Assembly: GCA_012295275.1 (NCBI GenBank)
Contig: CM022668.1
Span: forward strand, 11,904,001 to 11,968,000
Source of the DNA: Chrysomallon squamiferum
Lineage: Eukaryota > Animalia > Mollusca
Direction of reading: 5' to 3'
DNA: 64,000 nt
The translations under genes were made by a program, and so were the position numbers. Every line of letters starts with the position of its first letter. The first letter of the stretch is position 1. This document shows positions 40,301 to 55,403 of the stretch, in pieces. The notes under the pieces are model-generated. The model was not told the origin of the DNA, ran no database searches, and saw only the letters and a list, made by a program, of their open reading frames with translations.

Positions 40301-41918
40301 CATTTTTAAAATACTTCATTTTGATTTGTGTATATTAATTTCATAAGTTTATGGTGAAATATATAAATAATATCTCACCAGAAAAGATTAAATTTACACA
40401 CTTAAACACTGTAGCAGTGTATGTATGTCAGTTTACAATTTAATTTAAACTGTAATAGGTGAAAACTGCCATCTTATCATACAGATCAGATTAGATAACC
40501 CAATCTACTACAGTGAAAGTGATCAGTTAGAAATATTTTTGATAATATTCTTAATAAAGACCTTGTTTTGTAACAATATCAATACTGTTTGCTTGTTTAG
40601 TGTGTTACTTCACTGCTATTTTTACTGTAAGCATTTTACCAATTTATTTTTTCTAAGACATTAGCACTGTCAGTTTACTTAGCATAATTTAATCACATTA
40701 TTAATTTTATTCTTACTTCTTTCTTTTTACATTTACTTTTTGCTATTTATTTAGAATAATTTAATCACATTATTTTTTTATTGTTATTTATTATTATTAT
40801 TTTTTTTTAAATTCATTATCATCTTTTTATTCTTACTTTCTTCTTTTTTTTTTTTAGAATTTCACTTTTGCTTGAAACTATGAATATTACTCTTTTCACT
40901 ATTTATTTTACTGTTATTAATTTTTGCTAAATATACTTATAGGAATACTAATTTGCAGGTACATCCTGTTTGAAATGACAAAACTCAAAACCATTATCAT
41001 TTAATTTCTTCTCCATGGTGTCAAATCATGATAATTATCTATCTGTAGGCAACATATGCTACATACACACACAAAACAAGCCAAAACCATGTGACACTTT
41101 ATACTGGAACAGATTAAACAGAATTATAAATAATTTTCAAAAGGACAGACTTTTTGTGTAACATATGATTATAGCAATTATTTATTTAGTGTTTGTTTTG
41201 TTTGAAAACACATCAGATATACAGTGTTGATACATTTTCTAAGCTGAAATAGACCAATAAATTATAAAATGTTGAAAATGCAACAACTTGGTGACAATAA
41301 TTATTAGAAATACTAAATTCAGATACTCTACATATTAACTATGGTGCATGGAGATCTAAATCTCAAAAAGCTGTAAAATATATATATATATAATAAGCTA
41401 CAAAAGAAAAAGTTCACATAATGTTATCACTTCTTTTTAACCCTAAAAGTTTAAATAGTAGTTTAAAAAGTGCAAACCTTTCTATCAAGAATTTTTAGAT
41501 ATTAATAATAAATTTATAAATATCAAAAAAAAAATTATTTATCTAAATGTTCATGATTATTTTAATCTATATAGCTTATTAACAATTATTAGATGCTAAA
41601 ACTATTTTTAACAATGAAATCAAAAATCATAATAATTTAAAAAAAATAAATAAAAAAATAAAATTAACCAATGCAACACACATGGTAAAAGAAAAGCAAA
41701 AGGATGCCTTTATATATGCACCTTCCCACAGAACTTCAATTAAGTAGTGATTAGTAATTTATAAAAATAGATATATGGTAATGCAGATGATATATTAATT
41801 ACTAAACCAAAATAAATAAAAACACCTCACATGAAAACATAATATCAAAAACAAATTAACCATTTATGGTACTGGGGAAAATAAGCAAGTATTTATAAGA
41901 TTATATGAAGAATCTTGT

Positions 41919-41989
<71 letters not shown>

Positions 41990-42724
41990 TTAAAAGAAAA
42001 AAGTATTTGAGGTGACTTTAAACTTCTTTTTTTAATAAACCTAATTTTACAGATAAAATATTAAATTAAATTAAAATAAAATAAAATAAAATAAAATAAA
42101 ATAAAATAAAATAAAATAATAATAATAATAATAATAACGACTGGAAAACGTATGTTAATTGTTATTATTTATTTATTGATTTATTATTTTGTTTCCTTTC
42201 TTCTAAAATTTGTCTGATATTTTCTCCGACTTATTTAAAATATGACAAGTACTAATGAACTCTGCGATAATCGTCAAATGACGATTACTTCAACTTGTAA
42301 TGCGAATATTAGAAATGCGAGTATCAACGGTCAAACTGACTTAAAATAAAAGGAATTCGTAAAAAGCCGAGACCATTATATATTATATTGTTGATGATTT
42401 ACATTTTAATTCAATGAAAAAAATATTAAAAACAAACAAAAATGTATCCACAACAGTTCATTTAAAGAAATGACGTAGTTTATTTTTAACGTTCTAAGGT
42501 TGACGTGTCGAAACCAGGTCGAGAAAAATGGATACCATTATTTTTACCGAACAGGATATCGACGGTATCATTTATTTCCAACAAATTACTTGTTAACTGG
42601 TTAAATAACAAGCAGGAGATTTAGTAATAACGGATAAAGAACTGTTATGAAGTAAATATACTTACAAATGGTCAAATTTAAATAACGAAGGAGGAAGCAA
42701 ATCATTGCTAGTTCTGCTCGCCAT
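34577..42724 (-). CDS. TMBIM6: Bax inhibitor-1 (TMBIM6), about 238-240 aa
   Basis: Minus-strand exons: 42724-42666, 39654-39546, 38513-38393, 37341-~37190, 36980-36901, 35980-35880, 35471-35402, 34603-34577. Peptides [61 protein letters not shown] and a lysine-rich C-terminus (ESKKKQKN*) are diagnostic of BI-1. There is a phase mismatch at the exon 4 donor (see findings). Confidence 0.95.
36600..36915. repeat. Degenerate tandem repeat containing copies of the TMBIM6 exon 5 donor junction
   Basis: Four to five units of GAAAT.TTTCTA.ACTTACATC.TA.ATC.TCTG.CT.AG.TAACT. The last unit is the real exon/intron boundary at 36900/36901. Confidence 0.65.
38262..38409. repeat. 70-bp tandem duplication covering the TMBIM6 exon 3 donor
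   Basis: TCATGATCAGACATT.AGGTAAAGCTACACACCAGACAGGAAAGTAAAT at 38291-38339 and 38361-38409. Confidence 0.85.
39719..40198. mobile_element. Possible decayed MITE with CAGG..ATTAAC termini
   Basis: Left end CAGGACTGGATTAAC versus reverse complement of the right end CAGGGTTTAATTAAC (11/15 match). Subterminal GCCCTAAGCA-like motifs are present. No clear TSD. Confidence 0.3.
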
Positions 42725-43039
42725 TTTGACTTTTATCTGTTATGGTTTTCCACAGTTTCGATAAGAGCACCAAATATCTATTTCGTTTTTGTCTTTTTAG
42801 TATGATGTTAACGTTCTAGTAGCTATAATAATAATAATAATAATAATAATAATTTTAATAATTTTCGAAATGCTTATTTTTGATTTATGGATTTAAATAA
42901 ATGCATTTATATATATTTTAGAATTAACAGCTATTGGTTTATATGAATATGTGTACGTCACAGAAACAACAATTATTAGTTTTTTTAAGTATGCCGAAGA
43001 AATAAATTTTGCATTGTTATTACTGGTGGCCGTCATTAG

Positions 43040-43084
<45 letters not shown>

Positions 43085-43650
43085 GTAATAATAATAATAA
43101 TAATGAAGAAAAAGAAGAAGAAAAGAATACTAGGCCTACAGACATGCGCATGGTAAAATATATTGATCGTCTTTCTACGGCATACATATAATGATCTCAC
43201 CGCACAAAGGGAGCATACATGAACTAAAATGGTTTTTTTTAGTTTAATATATAGCTTTGCTAATTTTTAGAAAGATTAATTGTCATAAACGATAAGATAT
43301 ATTTATAAAAATTAAAAACCATAATTGTTTAATTTGGTATAAGGCACTGTAGATTATTTCAAATCTTTAAATTATATTCGTAATGTGTACTCCTAATTGC
43401 CGAGTTACAGAATAACAATATGGCGAGCTACTGACGTTATTTTTTGCATGTTTTGAGAAAACCCAATGCTGATTTATGTCATACAAGCGACAGAACGTTG
43501 TCACGTACCTATAAATGTAATAGTTTTCAGAAAATAACTTTTTGTTATCTTGACTTCATTTAGAGAGTAGGAAACGACAACAACATGAAAACAAGTGCTT
43601 CGTCTTGACCAGTTATATAAAACTTCCGTGGCAAGATTCAAAGGTTAGGA
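42725..43650. promoter_or_regulatory. Candidate bidirectional promoter between TMBIM6 and the FLACC1-like gene
   Basis: Head-to-head genes with local CpG enrichment (about 42130-43660). NRF1-like CATGCGCATG at 43143-43152. YY1-like AAAATGGCG over the TMBIM6 ATG and AATATGGCG at about 43417 on +. Possible UTR-exon donor AAG|GTTAGG at 43643/43644. Confidence 0.5.
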
Positions 43651-43959
43651 ATAACACGACTAATATATATATATATTTCTTCCCTTTATAATTTTTTCCC
43701 CAAAAATTTCTACTTATCGCTAGTTACTTTTTAAGGAATTAATTTACAAAATTACTATATAAATCGGTTCTTAGTAGAGTTAAGACACATTACTTTAGTT
43801 TTAAATAAAACAGCATATTTTATATTTCTTATAAAGTCAGCGAGAAAGCAACAGTTCTTTTAATTATATTACTGTAAACTAGTTTATATTGTTATATGAT
43901 AAATGTATTATATAAACTCAGCCCATAAAGAATAGTACTAATGTTATTTTTATTTTTAA

Positions 43960-44075
<116 letters not shown>

Positions 44076-44333
44076 AGGATTTGATTTGATCATATTTATT
44101 TACAAAACTATTTTATTATATTTTTTATTCCTTCATTAGCTATTATTTTATTTTATTTAATTTATAATTACATTGGTTAATCAATTTAAAAATTATTTAC
44201 TGAGATTATTATGTTGGAAATATAATTCTGTATGCTGTATTTTATTTTTCCATTGATTGTTTATTTAATTATTTATTTATTTGTTTATTTGTTTACTTGT
44301 TTATTTGTTTACTTGTTTATTTGTTTATAACAG

Positions 44334-45023
44334 ATGTATAGAACAGGGAATTCCAATATGCTGCGAGCAAGTCAGCGTATAGTTGTTGTTGATGACTACC
44401 ATGTTAATGTGAAGAATGAGACACCAACGCCAACGCCAACAACATCACCATCACCAAATGTTGTAAAGAAACATCGGCCTAAGTAAGTTGTTTAAGATAT
44501 CTACCATCTCTTCATATTTATGGAAACATCATCATCATCACAGCATCAACTGTCACAGGTATAATAAAGAAACATTCCTATGTACACCTTAAACATATCT
44601 TTCACAATAGCATCGTCATAACCATCATCTGTCTCAAGATAAGCTAAAAACATCAGCTACATTTTTTTCGAAGCCTTATCTATGATACCTTTATATTTTA
44701 TAAATGCAGCATGTATGATCCTGTATATACAATATCTACACCATCATATGTTATATTTTTTCCCACACAACTACAGCCCCAACAGCATCATTGGTCCTGT
44801 ATATAGTCCCTAACATCAGTTACATAATTATTAATACATATCTGTTATATCTTCTTATTTTACAACTACAATATTATTGTTGTTGTTGTTGTTGTTATTG
44901 TTTAAAAATTGTTTTGTTTCCTCACATTTTTTTCATGTCTCACAAATGAGAAATGAGAAATAAAAAGGTATAAATAATCAACAATATAATCATAATAATA
45001 ATAATAATAATAATAACGATTAA

Positions 45024-45073
<50 letters not shown>

Positions 45074-47366
45074 GTAACAATCACATCAATAACACAGAGA
45101 ACAATAACGACAGCAACAACAATAAACATAGTTTATTTCTGACTCAGGAAAAATATTAATGATAATAAACCTGGAACTACAGGATATGAATTTTTTTTAG
45201 ACGTCATTGTTCTGTAATCCGTACATCCATCAATGTCATTTAGTAATAGAAAATCATTGTTCTCACTTCTGATAAACCCACATTATATATTTTATGACAA
45301 ATCAATATGTTATATAGCCAGAGGCCTTGATAAGGAAATACTGTCATAACTGGATGCTTGCGAACAAAGATGCTGCAGTTTTGTGACATTTGAAGGCCTT
45401 GGTACAGATATACTATGATTTAGGATTAGTTGAAGGCCTCAGTACAGAGATACTGTGATTTAGGATTAGTTGAAGGCCTCAGTACAGAGATACTGTGATT
45501 TAGGAATAGCTGAAGGCCTTAGTACAGAGATACTGTGATTTAGGATTAGTTGAAGGCCTTAGTAGAGAAATACTGTGATTTAGGATTAGTTGAAGGCCTC
45601 AGTACAGAGATACAATGATTTAGGATTAGTTGAAGGCCTCAGTACAGAGATACTGTGATTTAGGATTAGTTGAAGGCCTCAGTACAGAGATACAATGATT
45701 TAGGATTAGTTGAAGGCCTCAGTACAGAGATACTGTGATTTAGGATTAGTTGAAGGCCTCAGTAGAGAGATACTGTGATTTAAGATTAGTTGAAGGCCTC
45801 ATTTCAGAGATACTGTGATTTAAGATTAGTTGAAGGCCTCAGTACAGAGATACTGTGATTTAGGATTAGTTGAAGGCCTCAGTACAGAGATACTGTGATT
45901 TAGGATTAGTTGAAGGCCTCAGTACAGAGATACTGTGATTTAGGATTAGTTGAAGGCCTCAGTACAGAGATACTGTGATTTAGGATTAGTTGAAGGTCTC
46001 AGTAGAGAGATACTGCGATTTAGGATTAGTTGAAGGTCTCAGTACATATATACTGTGATTTAGGATTAGTTGAAGGCCTGAGTACAGAGATACTGTGATT
46101 TAGGATTAGTCAAAGGCCTTAGTTCAGAGATACTATGATTTAGGAATAGCTGAAGGCCTTAGTACAGAGATACTGTGATTTAGGATTAGTTGAAGGCCTG
46201 AGTACAGAAATACTGTGATTTAGGATTAGTCAAAGGCCTTAGTTCAGAGATATCCAGTTTATAACAGCTAGAGATGTTAGTAAGAGATAAAATTAATAAG
46301 AGATAAAATTTGGTGATATCTGAAGGCTTTTGAATGGAGGCTATGTTATTTTGTAAAAACTGAAGGCTTTAATGTAGATATCCTGCAATAACTGATAGCC
46401 TCGCTGTAAACATTATATGACTTTCTGACAGTCGAAGGCCTTGGTATAGAGATACTGTGATAGTTGAAGGCCTTAATTATATAAATACTGTAATGGTTGA
46501 AGGCCTTAATTATATAAATACTGTAATGGTTAAAGGCCTTAGAAGTGAGGTATTGTAATGGTTGCAGGGCTTAGAGTTGAGGTATTGTAATGGTTGAAGG
46601 CCTTAGTGTAAATACTTTGATAGTTAATATATAGATACAGTGATAGTTGAAGGCCTTTGTGTTTTGTTATGTTCACAGTAAAGACTGGCAGGTTACGGTA
46701 AACTATGAGTTAAGGCCTATGAGTGGTGCAACTACAACAAGGTAATTTTCTGAATTATTAAAATATTTTTTTGTTGAGAATTTGTTGTGTTTTTTTTAAT
46801 TAAGAAAGTTTTTTTTTGTTGTTTTATTTTTTGTTTTTTAATTTTTAATTTTTTTTCTTTAATTTTTAAAAAATAAATTTTTGATTGTTTTTTTTTTTGT
46901 TTTGTGTTTTGTTGTTGTTTTTTAAATTTGGTTCTTGAGTTTTAATTATTAATACTTTTATTATCTGCATTTTAAGTAAATTATGCAGTTAAAAAATAAT
47001 ACACTCCAAATGCAGGCACAAATTTAACTAATAACAATAAAACATTTAAATTGTTTCTCATTATGATGTATTTATGGTTTATTGTTAATTTTTTTTTTTT
47101 TTTTTTTTTCTTTCTTTTATTTTTTTCATATCCTATTTTAAATTAATTTTTTTTTAGTGTTTTATTTGTTTTCTTTATTTTATTTTTTTTTACTTATTTA
47201 TTAAATTTTGGTTAAATATTTCTGCTTATTACTTTTCTTTTTAATTTTTTTTTAAATTAAATATGTTCTGTTTTTTATTAGATAATATAAAATGGTGTAC
47301 CTATTAGTATATCTATAGGAATGTGTCACTGTGAGGTGTGTAAGTGTTATTTGTAAATGTATAGGA

Positions 47367-47404
<38 letters not shown>

Positions 47405-50400
47405 TTATGTATATGTATGCATATATATATATATATGTGTGTGTTTGTGCATTTTTATACATATATGTGTACATGTGCATTTCTTGGTGTGTATTTGTGC
47501 ATATATATTTTTGTATGTTTATATACAAGTACCTTTCTGCATCAACTTATCTCAAGGTGAATATATTTATTTCTGCTTTTGTTTATGCATATATATATAT
47601 ATATATTGGTGTACCTATTAGTATATCTATAGGAATGTATAAGTGTGAGTGTGTATGTGTGCATTTATGCACGCATGCATTTATATAATTGTTCTTGTCT
47701 TCAAAGGGTTTTGGTTTCAGTTGTTAGATTCACTGAAGATTATGTGACCCTAATAGAGGTTAAAATAAAATCTTATTTAGAATAAAGAAGCCAGCCAAGC
47801 GTAAAGCATTCTTAGTGTCTTGCATTTTTAGTCCTGATCTCCAACTTTAAGCTTCTTAAACCTAAAAATCTACTCCTTCTTTTTTTTTTTCAAAAAAAGA
47901 AAAAAAAAAAAAAAAAAAAAAAATTTGAAAAAATATAATGTGTTGCAGTCCAGAAAAGGCTGTTTTTGAGAATTTCAGTATAAAAATCGCCAACATTTAT
48001 TTTTTTTTCATCATATCACAAAGTTCACAAAGTTAAAAAATTATTTTTATCTACACTGAATTTTTGTATATATATATTTTTATTTTTATTTTATATGATT
48101 ACCCAAAGAGGGCCTCTTAATTTGGTTCGTGATTGTTATTGATTTTTGTTACTTGTATCGATCAAAGTATCAAAGTTTATTACTGGAGAGGTGTTTCCTC
48201 AATCGCAAGACTAACTGTGAAGTGGTGGGACACTTAGAGTTTCTCAAAACCTCGCTTTAGTGTTGATTGGTTTGCCTGCAGTGTTGAAGCTGAAGTGTTT
48301 TTTTCTGGGTTGCAAGGTAAACAGGCCTAGAGACAGAATGTAAAAGAAAGAAGAAAAGAGAAGAAGAGAAAAAATAAATAAATAGAAGGAAGAAAAGATC
48401 ACGATAAATAGGGAGAAGAAAGAGAAAGGTAGATAGAATAAAGAAGAGATAACGATAAATAGAGAGAAGGAGAGAGATAAATTGAGAGAAGAAGAAAGAT
48501 AAATATAATGAAGAAGAAATGAAGATACATAGAAGAAGAAATGAAGATAGATAGAAAGCAGAAGGAGAAAGGTAACGATAAATAGAAGGAAGAAGAGATA
48601 AAGATAATAGAAAAAGAGAAGGAGAAATAAAAAAACCAAGGAGAAAACGTGAAAGAAGAGGATACAGGAATTTAAAATAAAAGAGACAGAGAGAGAGAAA
48701 GAAGTAGCATAAATGAAGGAAGACAAGAAAAAAGTATAGAAAGAAAAGTGAAAAAGGTAGAATGAAGAAAGGATAAATGAAGGAAAAAGAGAAAAATAGC
48801 GAAGAAAGAAAAATGAAAATATAAACAAAGAAAAGGGAAAAGGGAAAGACTGAAGAAAAAATAAAGACAAAAAAAAGAAAGAAATTTAACTGGAGAAGGA
48901 AAAAAAAAAACAAAGAGGAGAAAAAAGTAAAATTTTAATTCTGAAATGGAAGCTATAACAGTTTAACATATGAAAGACATGTATTTCTAAAAATTTAAAT
49001 AAAACTTTTCTGACACGGATTTATCATTTATAAATGTGTTCATTTAATTGTAGAAGATTGGAAATTTCTTGAAAACGTAAGTAAATTTATGTACATGCAT
49101 GTTTGTGCATGAATATGAGTATGAGATGTATATGTTTATAAATTTTTTAATACATACATACATACATATTATTTGTGATGTTTCTGCTTAATTACAGAAA
49201 TATAAATATCATATTTTCCCTCAAAACATATATCTAATAATTAAGACATGATTTAATTTACATACTAGTAAAAGACACCATACCCCTTAGATAAAATATG
49301 AATACTCTTTTCATTGTCTTTTTATTGTACATTAGCAGTTTGCAGAAGAAACATTTTTAAAAGTTGTAGTCAAATAGTAAAATCCACACATGGCCACACT
49401 ACACCTTAGAATAAAATATAATCATAATTTATCTTCTTGTGATAAACTTTGTATATTTCTTGTGTTAAACTCTTGTCTATTTCTTGTTAAACTCTTGTAT
49501 ATTTCTTGTGTTAAGCTCTTGTCTACTTCTTGTGTTAAAATATTGTATACTTCCAGTGTTAAACTCTTGTATACTTCTAGTGTTAAACTCTTGTATACTT
49601 CTTGTTAACCTCTTGTATACTTCTTGTGTTAACCTCTTGTATACTTCTTGTATACTTCTAGGGTTAAATTCTTGTGTTAAACTCATGTATACTTCCAGTG
49701 TTAAACTCTTGTATACTGCTAGTGTTAAACTCTTGTATACTTCTTGTGTTAACCTCTTGTATACTTCTAGGGTTAGACTCTTGTGTTAAACTCTTGTATA
49801 TTTCTTGTGTTGAACTCTTGTATACTTCTTGTGTTAAACTCTTGTCTATTTCTTGTGTTAAACTCTTGCATTTCTTTTAATTATTCTTTGCAATATACAC
49901 TGAAAATTTTGCTTAGACATTCCATTTGTGGGCTTAGAGAATTTGTTGTCATTTAAGTAAAATGCAGTTAGTTCATAACTTAAGTAACAAGTTTTAATAT
50001 TTTAGTCAAGTATGCTTTTTGTGGGCACAGACTAGCTTTGATTACTTGTTAATGGTTGTGTTTTATTTGTTGTATAGCTTAAATTCATTAATTTTATTTC
50101 TTGGTTAATTATTTCTTTCATGGGTACAGAATGACTTGATAATCTGGTGAAGAAAATGTTACACTCATTTGCTAATGGTTGTGTTTTATTTGTTACATAG
50201 TTTAAATCAATTTTATTTTTTGGATAATTATTTCTTCCATGGGTGCAGAGTGACCTGATAATCTTGCAAAGAAAATGTTACAGTCATTTGCTGCTCAAGT
50301 ATTTTGTTTTAATCCTTTGGTTAAGTGCCTTTTTTATTGGGCATGGTGGAGGCTGGGTTATCTTTCCATGAATATTTTTTTTTAATTTTGTTTTGTATTA

Positions 50401-51829
50401 GTTTATGATTTTAGAATTTAGATAAAAAAAAAAAAAAAAAAAAAAAGTATTTCAGAGTAGGTGGTAGAATGGGTTAACTGCCAAAGAAAATGTTAAAAGA
50501 TTAGGTAGGATTAACAAATATTATCAGAGATAAAGATTATCGCAGGTGCTTTACATCATAATTGTGTCTGGCCAGAAGCCATTAAAATGACTTGATCCTT
50601 ATACCTACAGCTTTTAAGTCCTGGACCCCAACCAACTGAACCCCAGTTCAGAGCAATACTGAACAACCATTGGAAATTTGTTTTTAACTTGTCAGTGTTA
50701 TTTTAATCCTATAATTACCTTATCTGAGCAGGTTACAGAATAAAAGAGGGTAATTAAAATAATAATAATAATAATAAAGTGAACATTAATTTAAATGTCT
50801 AGAAGAACAATAAGTAAGAAATGTCAAAAGATTAAGAACCAGAGCTTATCTTAAAGCGCTAATCCTTAATCTGGAAATCTGTGCTTGTGAGAAGTGTGTT
50901 AATATAAATTAGGCAGCAGTTTTAGACGGATTTCTGATACAGAACAGACATGTAATTGTTTTTGTGGTTCATAATTCTGATAGAAAAAAAAAAAAAAAAA
51001 TTGTGTATGATAATTATACTGACAGAAAACAGACAAAACCTGACGTTTTATTGTGTCAGTAATTATTTTGATCCAGAAGGGACACATCTTGTGGTTTATT
51101 AATAACTGTTTTCGTGCAGTACAGACAGATCTTGTGTTCAGAAATTATGTGGATGGAATACTGACATTTTGTGTTGTGTCTATGGTCTGGATAGAGTACA
51201 GACATATCTTGCAGTGTTTTTATGTTATTTGGACTTAGTACAGACATATCTTTTGTTGTATCAGTATTATCTGGGTAGAATAGAGACATATCTTGCATTG
51301 TGTTTGCATTATCTGATTTAGACATGTATTGTGTTTCTGTCTGTGTGTTATTTGGATAAGAGTACAGACATCTCTTGTGTCAGTATTTTCTGGATAAAAG
51401 ACAGACAAATCTGGTGTCCATGTTTTCTGAACAGAGTACAGACATCTTTTGTAGTGTCTCCGTTTTTTTGATAAGAATACAGACATTACAAGTGTCAGTA
51501 ATTTCTGAATAGAGTACAGACATACCTTACATGAATAATAACTCTGACAAACTACAGACAAATCTTGTGTTCAGTAGTTATAGAGAGAAGGAATAATATT
51601 TGTGTAATATAGGAGACATACTTACAGACTTACAGGTGATTAATAATTATGAAAGAAAGAGGAGATAAAGAAGATACTTGCATATTTGTATAGTGCTAGA
51701 TAATAATTATGATGCCTGCTATAGTTTTTGAAGACAGAAGTGGACGATGGTAATTTTTAAATATTATTAGGAAAGTTTATGTTGATGTTGATGTAGTCAT
51801 TATATTGTCTTTATTCTTTTTGTTAGTTA

Positions 51830-51862
<33 letters not shown>

Positions 51863-51865
51863 GTT

Positions 51866-51900
<35 letters not shown>

Positions 51901-52082
51901 TAGTTTTATTATAATTTCAATTTATTAATTATTATTATTTGTTATTTATTATTATTTCTGTCATTGTATTATTATCATCATCAGCATCATTATCATCATC
52001 ATTATTATTATTATTATTAGTAGTATGATTGTTTTATTATTATTATTATTATTATTTATTATCATCGTCATCATCATCATCT

Positions 52083-52114
<32 letters not shown>

Positions 52115-52243
52115 GTTATTAATATTATTATTATATTGTTGTTGTTATCATTATCACAGTACTCTGAAACAGAAAACGAAACCCAAAAACATTACATGCA
52201 GTAACATGCCTACCTCAACAATAACCACACCTGTGTATGTAAC

Positions 52244-52288
<45 letters not shown>

Positions 52289-52896
52289 AAGAAAAACAAA
52301 AAGTAAAATAAAATAAAATAAGAAAGAGAAACATGTACAGACTTGGTCACCACCCATATATTATTTACATCTATACATAACAGACTTGGAAAGGCAAGTC
52401 ATATAATGCATATAAACACAGAAATACATTTGTAACAAGAAGAAAAACATTAAGGTTTTTATTTTCCTTTCAAACTTTCTGCACTGCTACATAAAATACA
52501 AGCCAGTTTAAAATAAAAATCACTCATGCATGAAAGAAAGTAATTTGCAATTCACATATGTGTAATAAAATATATTTGTGATTAATATTAGTGTTATTAT
52601 TATTACTGTTATTATTATTATTACTGTTATTATTGTTATTATTATTATTACTGTTATTATTGTTATCATTATTGTTGTTCTTATTAATATTATTATTGTT
52701 ACTGTTATTATTACTATTATTATTGTTGTTATCAGTATTATTATTGTTATTATTACTACTACTATCATTATTCCTGTCGCTATTATTATTACTGTTATTG
52801 TTATTATTACTATTATTATTATTGTTATCAGTATTATTATTACTGTTATTATTATTATTACTGTTATTATTATTATTACTATTATTATTACTGTTA

Positions 52897-52938
<42 letters not shown>

Positions 52939-54339
52939 GTTGTAGTTTTATAATTATTTTAGTTTTATTATTAATATTAATATTGTTATTTCAACCCAGA
53001 CAAAACTTGTGTATGATAATTTCACAATGACTAATATTTTTCCAAACAAAATCTTTAATTGCTTTTCGATATTATCTGTCACCAATCTGTTTATCTGAAC
53101 TTCGTATTTAAGTAGCAGATTATCTCCCTTGATTATATATCCCTTGGAGATTATCTCCCTTGAGTACCGATTATTAAACCATTAAACTGGTGGATTACTG
53201 GTAATTGATATTATATCACTGGCTGCATATTTCAGCTGAATACATTTATATATAACACATTGAAGTTTTGTTCTGGTTCAGTGAGTTTTAACTGTTAAAT
53301 TTTATGCTTAATTGAACATAATTGTCGAGTTTATTTTGCATTTTATATTACTTTATTCACGTTGTGGATTATTTGCTGGCAAACTGTCAGTTATAACAGA
53401 ACTTAATAATAAATAAAAATACATTAATATATACATACTTATGTGCACGAATAAATGTTCTAATGTGTACATAAACATAGTTACCACATATGCGCATGCA
53501 CACACACACATATATTATATTATGTTATATACATATATACACACATATACAAACAAAAGTGTGGAAGTAGACTTTGGAAATGATTTTTCCTTTTTTCTTT
53601 TTTCTTTGCTTTTTCTTTTTTTCTTTATTTTTTTTCTTCTCTTTTTTAATTTTTCCTTTCTTCTTTTCCTTTTCTTTTTTTTTTTTTTTTTCTGTCATGG
53701 CTTTTCCATTGAATATAGATAAAACCTGCTACTTATATAGATACAAATTCTAGCTTATACATGTTTGAACACCACCCCCATCCCTTTTTGATAACCTGGT
53801 TCTGCCCTTGTATATAATAATACTTCATCAGAATACAGTTTAGTACTTTTGAAGAGACTCTTGATCATATCAAGTTACACAACTGTAACTATTACTTACA
53901 GGTCTGTCCTTGGATTATGTAACAGACTATTTACTTCTCTAGAAAACAAACATTAGAGTTTAGAATACTTGTTTTTTGTTACTTCTGAGCCAACACCTGT
54001 CTACCCTCCTGTTATATTGTAGATTTACCTCTGGTGTAGTAAATAATACTCAGTTGACAGAAATAAAAACATAAAATATATAACTGTTTGCTGAAAGTTT
54101 TAGTAGTGCTGAACTCATTCTAGTTTATTAACTTGAGAAAAAACGAAGTAAATAATAAAAAAAAAAAAATAATAAAATAGAATAGAATTAAAAATAATAA
54201 TAAAGAAGTAATAAATAAATAAGTAAATAAATAAATAAAAAAAAATAAAAAAAATAAAAAAATAAAAAAATAAATAATAAATAAATAAATAAAATAAAAA
54301 TAATAAAAAACAACAATAATAAATAAATAAATAATAAAA

Positions 54340-54379
<40 letters not shown>

Positions 54380-55349
54380 AAAATAAATAATAAAATAAAT
54401 AAATAAATAAAAAAATAAATAAATAAAAAATAAAAAATAAATAAAAAGATAAAGCTTGAAACCAAATAATAATTTTAAAAACAATCTTGTTACTTTCTTT
54501 TCAATCCTTAGAAATTTCTGTGTTTATTTTACTGCATACAGTATCAACAGGCATGTTGCTGCATTACTGCAAACAGCAATAATTACGTCTGCACTTGAAT
54601 CAGCCATGGAGGTTATTCCTTGCTTGAATTCCTCCCATAATGCTGAACACACCGACTTGAATTTCATTCATACAAAACAAGTATATACTTAGCACTCATA
54701 CATGAAGTATATATCTCACTTTCTGTCAGTCAAATGTTACCTTACCTGTTCAGTATTGTTCATATGCAATGTTTCCATGTATGTTATCATGTCAGATGTC
54801 AAGTTTTTTTTGGTGGTTGTTGATTTGATTTTGGTTTTCGTTACAGTAGAGTAATAGCTGGGTTTGTGAGTACAGTATCACTAACAATTTGTCATTTAGA
54901 GTTTTTGTGTGTGTTTCTTTTGTACTTGACATGAAGTTTAATTTATAGTTTGTCAGAAAATATTTATGTATTTGTGAAATATTTTTGGTTTTATTTTCAT
55001 ATATTTTTTTTATAATAAGTTTTTTGTAGTATTTTAAAAGAAAATGTTTATAAGTTTTAGTTACTGTGATTCTATGAGTGTGTGTTTGTATTACATGTGT
55101 CTCTGTATTTAAGTATATGTGTATATATGTGTGTATTTAAGTATATGTGTATGTGTATGTGTGTATTTATGTGCATTATATTTGTATGTATGTATTGAAT
55201 TGGCTGTGAAGTTTCTTTGTAATCTGGACATGTTTAATGAATTTATTGTGTGTTTTCTTTTTTATCTCTCTCATTCCCACAAACACACACACACACACAT
55301 GTAATATGTATATATTTGTATGTGTGTATTTATATATGTATATAAAATG

Positions 55350-55403
<54 letters not shown>

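Noticed and set aside
42500-42510. UPRE-like TGACGTG in TMBIM6 intron 1
   Set aside because: A single imperfect short match in a CpG-rich region; not distinguishable from chance.
45391-46250. CRISPR-like regular repeat
   Set aside because: Units are head-to-tail with no unique spacers, there are no cas genes, and the context is a eukaryotic intron.
48244-48913. Two Phe/Leu-rich ORFs over 200 aa resembling membrane proteins
   Set aside because: Antisense translation of a purine-only low-complexity tract.
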